This document shows, one piece after another, positions 41,360 through 54,942 of a stretch of DNA of 64,000 bases (within the stretch, counting starts at the first letter, position 1; each line of letters opens with the position of its first letter). The position numbers and the translations under genes were made by a program. The notes beneath the pieces are model-generated. The model was not told where the DNA came from. It saw nothing but the letters and a program-made list of their open reading frames with translations, and did not search any database. The DNA is taken from the NCBI GenBank assembly GCA_016933475.1, contig JAFGAW010000027.1, positions 403 to 64,402 on the forward strand, in the 5' to 3' direction. Source of the DNA: Thermoleophilia bacterium. GTDB lineage: Bacteria > Actinomycetota > Thermoleophilia > UBA2241.

Positions 41360-41428
41360 ATGCAGGGGTACGCCTATCTGTACTACAGGCTCGCCCGCGG
41401 GGAGCGGCGCGACAGGTCGCGCAGGTGA
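41360..41428 (+). CDS. Putative 22-aa small protein MQGYAYLYYRLARGERRDRSRR
   Basis: Strong SD GGAGGTGA at 41345-41354, own promoter-like element upstream and hairpin downstream. Confidence 0.45.
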   Translation: MQGYAYLYYRLARGERRDRSRR

Positions 41429-41472
41429 CCATCGGCTGACGATGAGCACGCGACCAACAGACGTATCGTCCT

Positions 41473-41512
41473 GAAGGGGACGGTCTGCTGAGGCGGATCG
41501 TCCCCTTCTTCA
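41473..41512. terminator. Hairpin between the small ORF and convergent copA
   Basis: gaaggggacggtctgc-tgag-gcggatcgtccccttc followed by ttc. Confidence 0.6.
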
Positions 41513-41592
41513 CGTCCGGGGCCCTGAAGTCGCTCGCGGCAGCAGTGCGCGGGAGTCGTTCGCGGCAGGCGTCCGCGGGGATCGTGCGACGG

Positions 41593-44091
<2,499 letters not shown>

Positions 44092-44255
44092 CCTGCCTTC
44101 TCGGAGTGCGCCTGAGCTTGATCGCGGCGTCTGCCCGGACGCCGCTCGGCGGTGTAGCCCTCCGAGCTTCGACTGCGTCCGGCCACCGCGCGGCACGGGC
44201 TCGCCAAGGGCCGGCCTCCGCACTCCTACGACCTATTCCCCGTGCGGTCCGCTTA

Positions 44256-44270
44256 TACCCCCCTGGGGTA
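44256..44270. promoter_or_regulatory. CsoR-type operator upstream of copA
   Basis: TACCCCCCTGGGGTA, the TACCC..GGGTA G/C-tract palindrome typical of CsoR sites. Confidence 0.75.
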
Positions 44271-44356
44271 CGCGTGCTCGCCCCGCCCCTGGGCGCCCGG
44301 TATGATTGCCGCCGGTGCGGCCCGCGACCATGTCCGGCCCTGTGAGGTGACGACGC

Positions 44357-45655
44357 ATGAGCATCTGGGACGCGTCCCATGAGACCATGGACCGCGAGCG
44401 GCTGCGGGCTCTGCAGCTCGAGCGCCTGCAGGCGACCGTGGCGCGGCTCTACGAGCGCGTACCGCACTACCGCGAGCGCCTCGCGGCGCTCGGCGCCGAG
44501 CCCGCAGACGTGCGCGCGCTCGACGACCTGCGCCGCCTGCCGTTCACGACCAAGGCCGACTTCCGCGACCGCTACCCGTATGGGCTCTTCGCCAGTCCGC
44601 TGGCCGACGTCGTCGAGGTGCACTCGTCTTCGGGCACCACAGGCAAGCCGGTCGTCGCCGGGTTCACCCGGCGCGACCTCGACACCTGGGCCGAGCTCGT
44701 CTGCCGTGTGGCCGTGATGGCCGGCGTGCAGGCTGACGACGTCGCCCAGGTCTCCTTCGGCTACGGCATGTTCACCGGCGGCTTCGGGCTCCACTACGGC
44801 CTGCAGCGCGCCGGCGCGACCGTGCTGCCGATGTCGGCCGGCAACACCGCACGGCAGCTGCAGTTCATGCAGGACTTCGGCACCACGGTGCTGGTCGCCA
44901 CGCCGTCGTACGCGCTTTATCTCGCCGAGTCGATCCAGGCGCTCGGTGCTCCCGACGCCTTCCGCCTGCGGCTCGGGCTCTTCGGCGCCGAGGCGTGCAG
45001 CGAGGAGATGCGGCGGCAGATCGAGAGCCGCATCCCGATCCTCGCCACCGACAACTACGGTCTCACGGAGGTGATGGGGCCGGGGGTCGCGGGCGAGTGC
45101 GAGTGCCGCGCCGGCATGCACGTCGCCGAGGATCACTTCGTCGTCGAGGTCGTCGACCCGACGACCGACCAGCCGGTCCCGGAGGGCGAGGTCGGTGAGC
45201 TTGTCTTCACCTCGATCACGCGTGAGTGTTCGCCGGTCCTGCGCTACCGCACTCGCGACCTCTGCAGCGTCACCACCGAGCGCTGCGCCTGCGGTCGCAC
45301 GCTGGCCCGCATGGGCCGCATCGTCGGCCGCACCGACGACATGTTCATCATCAGCGGTGTCAACATCTTCCCGTCGGCCGTCGAGCGCGTGCTCTTCGCC
45401 ATCGAGGGTATCGAGCCGCACTACCGGATCGTGCTCGGCCGCCGCGGCGCCCTCGACACCTTCGAGGTGCAGGTGGAGGTGAGCGAGGCGCTCTTCAACG
45501 GATGGATGGACGACCTGCGGGCCTTCGAGCGCCGCGTGACCGAGGAGTTGCGCTCGGCCCTCTTGGTGCGGCCCAAGGTGAAGCTCGTCGAGCCGGGGAC
45601 ACTGGAGCGCACCGAGGGCAAGGCACGGCGGGTGATCGACGAGCGGCCGCGGTAG
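44357..45655 (+). CDS. paaK: Phenylacetate-CoA ligase family protein
   Basis: HSSSGTTGKP, FGYGMFTGGFG, TPSYA, YGLTEVMGPGV, RYRTRD, GRTDDM. Confidence 0.92.
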   Translation: MSIWDASHETMDRERLRALQLERLQATVARLYERVPHYRERLAALGAEPADVRALDDLRRLPFTTKADFRDRYPYGLFASPLADVVEVHSSSGTTGKPVVAGFTRRDLDTWAELVCRVAVMAGVQADDVAQVSFGYGMFTGGFGLHYGLQRAGATVLPMSAGNTARQLQFMQDFGTTVLVATPSYALYLAESIQALGAPDAFRLRLGLFGAEACSEEMRRQIESRIPILATDNYGLTEVMGPGVAGECECRAGMHVAEDHFVVEVVDPTTDQPVPEGEVGELVFTSITRECSPVLRYRTRDLCSVTTERCACGRTLARMGRIVGRTDDMFIISGVNIFPSAVERVLFAIEGIEPHYRIVLGRRGALDTFEVQVEVSEALFNGWMDDLRAFERRVTEELRSALLVRPKVKLVEPGTLERTEGKARRVIDERPR

Positions 45656-45747
45656 CCGCTCGGCCGCGTCTGGCGCTTTCTGCGTGCCTCGCGGGTCCTC
45701 CGCACCCGCTGCTCTCGCCCCGCGCCCGCTCTGCGCTTCTCGCGCCG

Positions 45748-45794
45748 AGACGCCGTGACCGCCCCGGCCGCAAAGCCGGGCGGTCACGGCGTCT
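45748..45794. terminator. Long GC hairpin between convergent paaK and the pilB-like gene
   Basis: agacgccgtgaccgccccggc / gccgggcggtcacggcgtct inverted repeat. Confidence 0.75.
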
Positions 45795-46008
45795 GACGTT
45801 CGAAGGCCGACGGCGCGGGCCCCCGCTCCGCACCGCCGGCCAACCTTGTGGACCTTCCGCTCTCTCTCTGCCTCGTGTGGTCTCCCCGCTTGAAGGTATC
45901 GGGCCGGGTGTCCGCCGAGCAGATAGGACACGCGTCTAGACCATCGTCAGGCGAGCGCGACGGGGTCGTGTCGCCACAGCCTGCCGGGCACCGGCGCCCG
46001 CATCTCCA

Positions 46009-48051
<2,043 letters not shown>

Positions 48052-48631
48052 GGCTGCCCTCTCTCGTCGCCCGTCACATCATAGAAGATGCCGGGCGCCG
48101 TCGCGGCCTGCGCGTCGCTTCGCGGGTCGACGATGTCCCCGGCGTGACGCGCGGCGTCTTGGGCGACGACACACTTGACGAGCACCCGGCGACGAGACGG
48201 CTCGAGACGGCTCGCGGCCTACGGCGACGGGCCGCGGCGCAGCTGCGACGATGTGGGGAGCGCGACGCGCGCCGGTGAGAAGGGAGTGTGCCGGGCCGGC
48301 GGGGGCCTTCACTCGGATGCGGGCTGTCCGGTGTCTGTCGAAGGAGACCGGCCCGGCAGAGAGAGAGGATACGGAATGCCGGGCGGGTGCCCGGTGAGTT
48401 GTCCCCTGGTCTCAGGGTTGGTATCGGCAGGGGAGGGGGCCCCATGAGGGTGCGCGGCGTCAACGCGTAGCCCCCGCGAGCAACGCACTCCGGCTTCGAC
48501 GGGCGGTCGGCTCGCAGTCCTGCGGCGGGAGCCGCGGGAAGCCGCCCGCGGCCGGGCTGGGGTGCCTCCCGGTGCTCCCGGCCGCGGCCGCTGCTGCTAT
48601 ACTGCGCGCCACCCGTCCGCGAGGTCGCACC

Positions 48632-49972
48632 ACGTTCGACAAGGTCCTCATCGCCAACCGCGGCGAGATCGCCATCCGCGTGATCCGCGCCTGTCGCGAG
48701 CTCGGCGTCGGCACGGTCGCCGTGTACTCCGAGGCCGACGCCGACTGCCTGCACGTGCGCTACGCCGACGAGGCGGTCTGCATCGGGCCGCCGCCGGCCA
48801 CGCAGTCCTACCTGGTGAAGCCGGCCCTCATCCAGGCCGCCCTCCAGAGCGGTGCCCAGGCGATCCACCCGGGGTACGGTTTCCTCGCCGAGAACGCCGA
48901 GTTCAGCGGCCTCTGCGCGCAGCAGGGCCTGAAGTTCATCGGCCCCGGCCCCGAGTCGATCGCCCTGATGGGCGACAAGGCGTCGGCGCGCACGACGATG
49001 ACCGCGGCCGGCGTCCCCGTCACGCCCGGGTCCAAGGGCGTGATCGCCGACGCGACCGAGGCCGAGCTCGTGGCGAAGCAGATCGGCCTGCCCGTCATGG
49101 TCAAGGCGTCGGCCGGCGGCGGCGGCAAGGGCATCCGCATCGTCAGGGACGCCTCCGAGGTGGCGGGCGCCGTGCGTCAGGCGCAGGCCGAGGCCGAGGC
49201 TGCGTTCGGCGACGGTTCGGTCTACGTCGAGAAGTACCTCGAGGCGCCGCGCCATATCGAGATCCAGGTGCTCGCCGACGGGCAGGGCCACGGCGTGCAC
49301 CTCGGCGAGCGCGACTGCTCGATCCAGCGGCGCCACCAGAAGCTGATCGAAGAGGCGCCATCCCCGGCCGTCGACCCGCTGCTGCGCTCCGAGATGGGGC
49401 ACGCCGCGGTGGCTGCTGCTGTGGCCGCGGGCTATGAGGGGGCCGGTACCGTCGAGTTCCTCCTCGACCACTCAGGCGACTTCTACTTCATGGAGATGAA
49501 CACCCGCGTGCAGGTCGAGCACTGCGTGACCGAGATGGTGAGCGGCGTGGATATCGTCAAGACCGGCATCCGCATCGCTGCCGGCGAGGGCCTGCCTCTC
49601 CGCCAGGAGGAGGTCGAGCTCGAGGGTCATGCCATCGAGTTCCGCATCAACGCCGAAGACCCCGGGGCCGACTTCATGCCGTCACCGGGCACGGTGACGA
49701 AGTGGGTCGCACCCGGCGGGCCCTGGGTGCGCCTCGACTCGCACGTGTACCAGGGCTACATGGTGCCGCCGTTCTACGACAGCCTGCTCGGCAAGCTCGT
49801 CGTCTGGGGACGCGACCGCGAGGAGTGCCTCGCCCGCTCGCGCTGGGCGCTCGACCAGTTCCTCGTGGAGGGTCTCGCCACGACGATCCCCTTCCATCGC
49901 CGCGTCCTCGATCACCCGTTGTTCGTCGCCGGCGAGGTCTCGACCCACTTCATCGAAGACCACCTGGGCTGA
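48632..49972 (+). CDS. accC: Biotin carboxylase, apparent ACG start
   Basis: FDKVLIANRGEIA, IHPGYGFLAEN, GGGGKG, ERDCSIQRRHQK, EMNTRVQVEH, YDSLLGK. Confidence 0.95.
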   Translation, partial: TFDKVLIANRGEIAIRVIRACRELGVGTVAVYSEADADCLHVRYADEAVCIGPPPATQSYLVKPALIQAALQSGAQAIHPGYGFLAENAEFSGLCAQQGLKFIGPGPESIALMGDKASARTTMTAAGVPVTPGSKGVIADATEAELVAKQIGLPVMVKASAGGGGKGIRIVRDASEVAGAVRQAQAEAEAAFGDGSVYVEKYLEAPRHIEIQVLADGQGHGVHLGERDCSIQRRHQKLIEEAPSPAVDPLLRSEMGHAAVAAAVAAGYEGAGTVEFLLDHSGDFYFMEMNTRVQVEHCVTEMVSGVDIVKTGIRIAAGEGLPLRQEEVELEGHAIEFRINAEDPGADFMPSPGTVTKWVAPGGPWVRLDSHVYQGYMVPPFYDSLLGKLVVWGRDREECLARSRWALDQFLVEGLATTIPFHRRVLDHPLFVAGEVSTHFIEDHLG

Positions 49973-50120
49973 CGCGCCGCCGGCGCATTCCGCGCGTGGC
50001 CCCGGCTCGTCGGCCGGGCGCTCTTCGTTCCCGTAAACGGGTAAGAAGCGCAGAAGACGCCGGGGCGGCTCCTGCCGAGCCCCCCGCCCCGGCCGCCCGC
50101 GGTCGTCAGGAGGAGAGCGC

Positions 50121-50822
50121 ATGGCCATCATCACCGCCGAGGACGCAGCCACGCTGCGCACGCTCCTCGAGGAGCAGCTCAAGAGCGACGTCACGCTGGT
50201 CCACTACACGCAGCATGAGAGCAAGATCTACGTGCCCGGCGTCGTCCCCTGTGCCGCCTGTCGCGACACCAGGGAACTCCTCGGGGAACTCGTCGAGCTC
50301 AGCGACCGGCTCCACCTCGAGACGCTCGACTTCGTCGCGGACGCCGACGTGGCTGCGGCCGCCGGCGTCGACAAGATCCCCGCGACGGTGGTGCGCGGTC
50401 GCGACGGCGGCGAGCGGGCGCGCTTCTACGGCGCTCCGGCGGGCTACGAGTTCACCAGTCTGCTCGAGGACATCCTCGACGTCGGCGACGGCGGCCCGTC
50501 GCTGCCCGAGCCCGTGGTCACGGCCCTCGGCAAGGTCGACCAGCCGGTCCACATCCAGGTGTTCGTCACCCCCACCTGCCCGTACTGCCCGGTCTCGGTG
50601 CGGGCCGCGCACGTGCTCGCCCTGGCCAGCCCGCACGTGACCGCCGACATGGTGACGGGGCCGGAGTTCCCCCACCTCACCCAGCGCTACCAGGTCATGG
50701 CGGTGCCGAAGACGGTGATCAACGACACCCACCACTTCGAGGGTGCGCTGCCGGTCGAGGACGTCATGGGCGCCGTGCTGCACGCCATCGGCAAGGAGGC
50801 CGAGCAGCTGCCGGAGGAGTGA
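50121..50822 (+). CDS. Protein disulfide oxidoreductase (tandem thioredoxin/glutaredoxin, AhpF N-terminal-like)
   Basis: CAAC and FVTPTCPYCP, GAPAGYEF, VMAVPK; SD AGGAGG. Confidence 0.9.
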   Translation: MAIITAEDAATLRTLLEEQLKSDVTLVHYTQHESKIYVPGVVPCAACRDTRELLGELVELSDRLHLETLDFVADADVAAAAGVDKIPATVVRGRDGGERARFYGAPAGYEFTSLLEDILDVGDGGPSLPEPVVTALGKVDQPVHIQVFVTPTCPYCPVSVRAAHVLALASPHVTADMVTGPEFPHLTQRYQVMAVPKTVINDTHHFEGALPVEDVMGAVLHAIGKEAEQLPEE

Positions 50823-50913
50823 GGCGCCGGCCGACTCGGCAGGCCCCCGGTCGGCCGGCGGTCGCCGCAGCCCGCCGGTCGTACCGCGGCCCGGCGGTCC
50901 GCCGCGAAAGGGC

Positions 50914-51792
50914 TCAGTCGCCGGCGCCCGTCGCCGCCGTCTCGGCGGCGATGCCGAAGCCGGCGGCCGTGACTCCGTCGGCGACCTCGGCCGCCGCCGC
51001 GTCGAGGAGGGCGCCGACCGTCTCCGCGTCGGGCCCGCGTGCCGACAGGGTGATGCGGATCGCCGGCGTCGAGCCGATGACCTTGGCCCGCGACTTCACG
51101 TAGACCGCGGGGTGCGCCGCCGCGGCGGCGCGCAGCACGTCGGCGATCGCCGACTCGTCCTGGAGCTCGACGACCAGGGTGCGCTCCTCGTAGTGAGCGC
51201 CGCCGAAGACGCGCCCGAAGAGCTCGTCGAGCGAGTCGTGAACGATGGCCCGCAGCTCGCCGGGCACCCCGGGGAGCGAGACGACGGCGGTGCCGCCGAT
51301 CTCGAGGACGACGCCGGGGGCGCCGCCTATCGGGTTGTCGGCGGGCTCGGCGCCCTCGGGGAGGCGGGCCATCTTGCGGCGCGCTTCGTTCAGTTCGGCG
51401 AACGGCACGTCGCCCCGGGCGTGGAACTCGGCGTACCGCTCCGCCACCATGCGCTCGGCGTCGGCGTGCAGGGCGAGCGCGCGGCCGGTGCCCAGGGCGA
51501 CGCCCTCGAGGGTGCGGTCGTCGTCGGTGGGGCCGAGTCCGCCCACAGTGAAGACCAGCGCGGGGCGGCGGGCGAGCGCTGCACGGATCTCGTGCGCGAT
51601 CGTCTCGACGTCGTCGCGCACCGTCGTGGTACGGCTCACGCGCCCCCCGAGTCCGGTGACCAGCACGCAGAGCTCGTGCGTGTTCGTGTCCAGGACGTCG
51701 CCGTTGAGCACTTCGTCGCCGGCGGCGAGGATCTCGACGGCCGGCGCTGCGGAGTCTGCGGCGGCGTTTGGGAGGATGGGCCGCTCGGGCAT
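50914..51792 (-). CDS. CinA-like molybdopterin-binding domain protein, probably leaderless
   Basis: GDEVLNGDVLDTN, GGLGPTDDDRT, LPGVPGE; TATACT 6 nt before the ATG. Confidence 0.88.
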   Translation of the reverse strand: MPERPILPNAAADSAAPAVEILAAGDEVLNGDVLDTNTHELCVLVTGLGGRVSRTTTVRDDVETIAHEIRAALARRPALVFTVGGLGPTDDDRTLEGVALGTGRALALHADAERMVAERYAEFHARGDVPFAELNEARRKMARLPEGAEPADNPIGGAPGVVLEIGGTAVVSLPGVPGELRAIVHDSLDELFGRVFGGAHYEERTLVVELQDESAIADVLRAAAAAHPAVYVKSRAKVIGSTPAIRITLSARGPDAETVGALLDAAAAEVADGVTAAGFGIAAETAATGAGD

Positions 51793-51873
51793 GGGGAGAG
51801 TATACTCACCGCGCCGCGCGGGGGGATTCGCGCGGCGCCGCGAAGCCGGCGGCGGACCGGGGGTATCGAGGCC

Positions 51874-52584
51874 ATGCGACCGATCGCGATCCTTCAGCAC
51901 GAGGACGACGACCCTCCGGGCAGCATCGCCGTCGCGCTGTCTGACCTCGGCGTACCGTTCGAGGTGCGTCTGCTGCACGCCGGCGACCCGCTTCCGATGT
52001 GGCCCGAGGAGACCAGTGGCGTCATCTCCATGGGCGGGGCGATGCACGTGACGCAGGAGCGCACGTTCCCCTTTCTCGCCGCCGAGAAGCGGCTCCTGCG
52101 GCGCATCCACCACGAGGGCGGGCCGGTCTGGGGCGTCTGCCTCGGCGCCCAGATCCTGACCGAGGCCGTCGGGGGCTCGGTGTACCGCCGCCGCCGGCCC
52201 GAAGTCGGCTGGGTCGAGATCGAGAAGCTCATCGACGACCCGCTGCTCCACGGCATCACCTCGCCGTTCGTCGCCTTCAACTGGCACGAGTACTCGTTCA
52301 CGCTCCCATCGACAGCGCATGCGGTCGCGGAGCGCCGGGACGGGCTGCAGGTCTACCGTGCCGGCGGGCGCTCGTGGGCGACCCAGTTCCACCCCGAGGT
52401 CGACGCTGCGATGGCGCCCCACTGGGTCGAGGACGCGGTGAAGGAGCAGAAGCACCTGGGGCCGGAGTTCGCGGCGCAGCTGCAGGCCGACACCGAGCGG
52501 TACCTGCCCGGCTACCCGGCGTTCTGTACGAAGCTGACCGAGAACTTCGTCCGCGCCGCGGGCCTACTGACCTCGGCCGGGTGA
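51874..52584 (+). CDS. Class I glutamine amidotransferase (GMP-synthase-like)
   Basis: ILQH, MGG, GVCLGAQ, EVGW, WH, QFHPE. Confidence 0.92.
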   Translation: MRPIAILQHEDDDPPGSIAVALSDLGVPFEVRLLHAGDPLPMWPEETSGVISMGGAMHVTQERTFPFLAAEKRLLRRIHHEGGPVWGVCLGAQILTEAVGGSVYRRRRPEVGWVEIEKLIDDPLLHGITSPFVAFNWHEYSFTLPSTAHAVAERRDGLQVYRAGGRSWATQFHPEVDAAMAPHWVEDAVKEQKHLGPEFAAQLQADTERYLPGYPAFCTKLTENFVRAAGLLTSAG

Positions 52585-52734
52585 GGCTTCGTCGTCTGAC
52601 CGTCCTTGAGGCTCGACCGTGAGCTTCGCTCGACCCTCCCTCCGGCCGCGCGTCTCTCGCGTCGTTTCGCTCATCCCTCGGCCTGCGGATGCCGAGAAGG
52701 TGGAGCGAGCATGGAGACGTCGACCCTCGACTCG

Positions 52735-52840
52735 AAAAACGGCAGCCCGACGGGGAGTCGGGCCTGTGAAAGGAGCCATGGGGTGGTACCTGGGGGTACC
52801 AGCACGGGGAGGGGTGTGTGGAGGGGGACTCCCGCGTGCA
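52735..52840 (-). ncRNA. Candidate small RNA with three C-rich-loop hairpins
   Basis: TGnTAATAT -10 at 52855-52847; hairpins 52839-52802, 52801-52784, 52766-52743; T5 tail at 52739-52735. Confidence 0.55.
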
Positions 52841-52931
52841 GGCGGTATATTACCACCGTTGCAACCGTTGAAACAAGAGGTGGTCGCAATTCTTCTGTCG
52901 GCTGTCTGACACCGCGCCTGGGGCGCCGCCC

Positions 52932-54659
52932 GTGAGCGCTACGGTCGGTGCTCGGGAGGCCGGCGGGGCCGGCGGGACGACCGGGGCGGGTGGAGGCGGC
53001 GGCCGCGGGGTCACGACGCGCCCCACGGTCTTCGCCGTCCAGCGCGAGCAGCGCTGGCGCATCTGGCTCCTCTTCGCCTTGCTCGTCCTCATGGCCCTGG
53101 TGTCGGTCTGGGTCGTCGCCTTCCTCGCCACGGCGGCGGTGGCGCTCACCTTCGGGGACCCCGACGCCTGGAGCGTGTTCTTCAGCGTCCGCGCCGTGGG
53201 GATCCTTCTGTTCGTGGCGCTGGCGGCCTCCGCCGTGTACTGGTTCGCCGCCCAGGTGGGCGCCAAGGGCCGGTTGCTCGAGGCCATGCACTGCCGCCCC
53301 CTCGAGCGCACCGACCGGTATCATCGGCGGCTTGCCGACGTTGTGGAAGAGATGCGTCTGGCGACCGGGGCGCCGCGCATCGAGTGCGTCACCGTGGCCA
53401 CCCTGGGGATGAACGCCTTCGCCTTCAGCGACCTGCGCGGCGGGGGCGTCATCGGCGTCACCGAGGGCGCTCTCGCCCGCCTGTCGCGCCAGCAGCTCCA
53501 GGCGGTCGTCGCGCATGAGTTCGCGCACGTCCTCTCCGGCAGCTACGTCACCGCCACGGTCAGCTGCCTGCTGTTCGGTATCTACTCGTCACTCGCCGAT
53601 GCCCTCGACGCTCTGATCGCGGGCGGCGTTGACGATCGGAGCACGCACGGATCGGGGAGCGGCGTCGGCGGCCTGGTCATCGTCGGCGCGTTCTTCCTGC
53701 GCGTCTGGGTCTGGGTCCTCGGCCTCGCCTCCCAAGTCGCGAACGCGGCGCTCGCGCGCGAGCGCGAGCGCCAAGCGGACGTCGCTGCGGCGCGCTTCAC
53801 GGGTGACCCCTTGAGCCTGGCCGAGGCGCTGCGCATGATCGCGCGGCACCCGGGCGGCGCCGGGTTCGTGCCGCCCGGCCTGGCACCGCTCTGCATCCGC
53901 GCCGGCGAGACGGCCGGCGGCGGCCTGCTGGGCCGCTGGGGCGATACCCACCCGCCGATCGGCGAGCGCATCAACGCCCTTCTCCTGCTCGCCAACGTCG
54001 CCCCGAGCGACTTCGAGCGCCAGGCGGCGGCCGCTGCCGAGCGGCTCACGGCCAAGGAGCACGTGCGGCGGCCGCCGGCGTCGCCGGCGGCTACGGACGG
54101 GGTGGCCCCGCTCGCCGGCATCGAGGCTCTGGCGCCGGTCCTCGACCAGATCGGTGTGGCCCCGCTCGCCGCTCTCGACACCCCGGAGGGGCGGGCCAGG
54201 CGGGGCGTCGCGACGCCGCGCCTCGGGCCGCCGCCTCTCGCCGGGTGGACGCCGCTCTGTCCGGCGTGTGGGAGCGCGCTGCGCGAGGCCGACTACGAGG
54301 GTGTGCGACTGCACGCCTGTCGCGCCTGCGGCGGACGCCTCGTCGGAGGCCAGGGCGTGCGCCGCGTCTGCGCCCGGCGCGAGGTGGCCTTCAGCGACGA
54401 GCAGCGCCACCTGACGGAGCTGCTCGTCGCCCAGTCCGACCACCTGCGGCGCGGCGCGGTCCTCGGCCGCGGCCGCTACGCCGCCGAGCTCGTGGCCTGC
54501 CCCGAATGCGGGCGCACGATGATGCGGCGGCACTACAGCTACGAGCACGCGGTCGAGGTCGACGTCTGTACGGTCTGCGACCTCTACTGGTTCGAGAGGG
54601 ACGAGCTCGAGGTGCTTCAGCTCTTGCACGAACGCCAGGTCGACCGCCGGCCCGGCTGA
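52932..54659 (+). CDS. M48 (HtpX-like) membrane zinc metalloprotease fused to two C-terminal TFIIB-type zinc ribbons
   Basis: MNAFA, VTEG, AVVAHEFAH, RERERQAD, THPPI..RI; CPAC..CRAC and CPEC..CTVC..WFERDEL. Confidence 0.88.
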   Translation: MSATVGAREAGGAGGTTGAGGGGGRGVTTRPTVFAVQREQRWRIWLLFALLVLMALVSVWVVAFLATAAVALTFGDPDAWSVFFSVRAVGILLFVALAASAVYWFAAQVGAKGRLLEAMHCRPLERTDRYHRRLADVVEEMRLATGAPRIECVTVATLGMNAFAFSDLRGGGVIGVTEGALARLSRQQLQAVVAHEFAHVLSGSYVTATVSCLLFGIYSSLADALDALIAGGVDDRSTHGSGSGVGGLVIVGAFFLRVWVWVLGLASQVANAALARERERQADVAAARFTGDPLSLAEALRMIARHPGGAGFVPPGLAPLCIRAGETAGGGLLGRWGDTHPPIGERINALLLLANVAPSDFERQAAAAAERLTAKEHVRRPPASPAATDGVAPLAGIEALAPVLDQIGVAPLAALDTPEGRARRGVATPRLGPPPLAGWTPLCPACGSALREADYEGVRLHACRACGGRLVGGQGVRRVCARREVAFSDEQRHLTELLVAQSDHLRRGAVLGRGRYAAELVACPECGRTMMRRHYSYEHAVEVDVCTVCDLYWFERDELEVLQLLHERQVDRRPG

Positions 54660-54942
54660 GCGCGGGCGGCCGGCCGCACCGTCGCGGCTGCTCGCCGGCC
54701 GGCCTCGCTCGCGGCGCGCGCCGGTGGTCCGGCTTCGCGGCGCGCGCCGGTGGTCCGCGTCCGCGGCGAGCGCAGGTGCTCCGAGCTCAGGGCGAGCGCC
54801 GGTGCTCCCCGCCCGGGGCGACGACCCCGCGCGCAGCGTTTACACTTCGTTCATCGACGATCCCCGGCGCGACGCGCACCCGCCGGTCGGGGGCGCCCGG
54901 TCGCCGGCCGGCCACCCGCCCGCGAGTCTCTCAGGACCGAGC

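Noticed and set aside
48572-48631. GTG 48572 as the accC start
   Set aside because: Adds a non-conserved Ala/Arg extension, lacks an SD and lies upstream of the likely -10 box; not fully excluded
50743-51873. Long N-terminal extension of the amidotransferase ORF (613 aa)
   Set aside because: Overlaps the cinA-like gene antisense; the recognisable domain starts at ATG 51874
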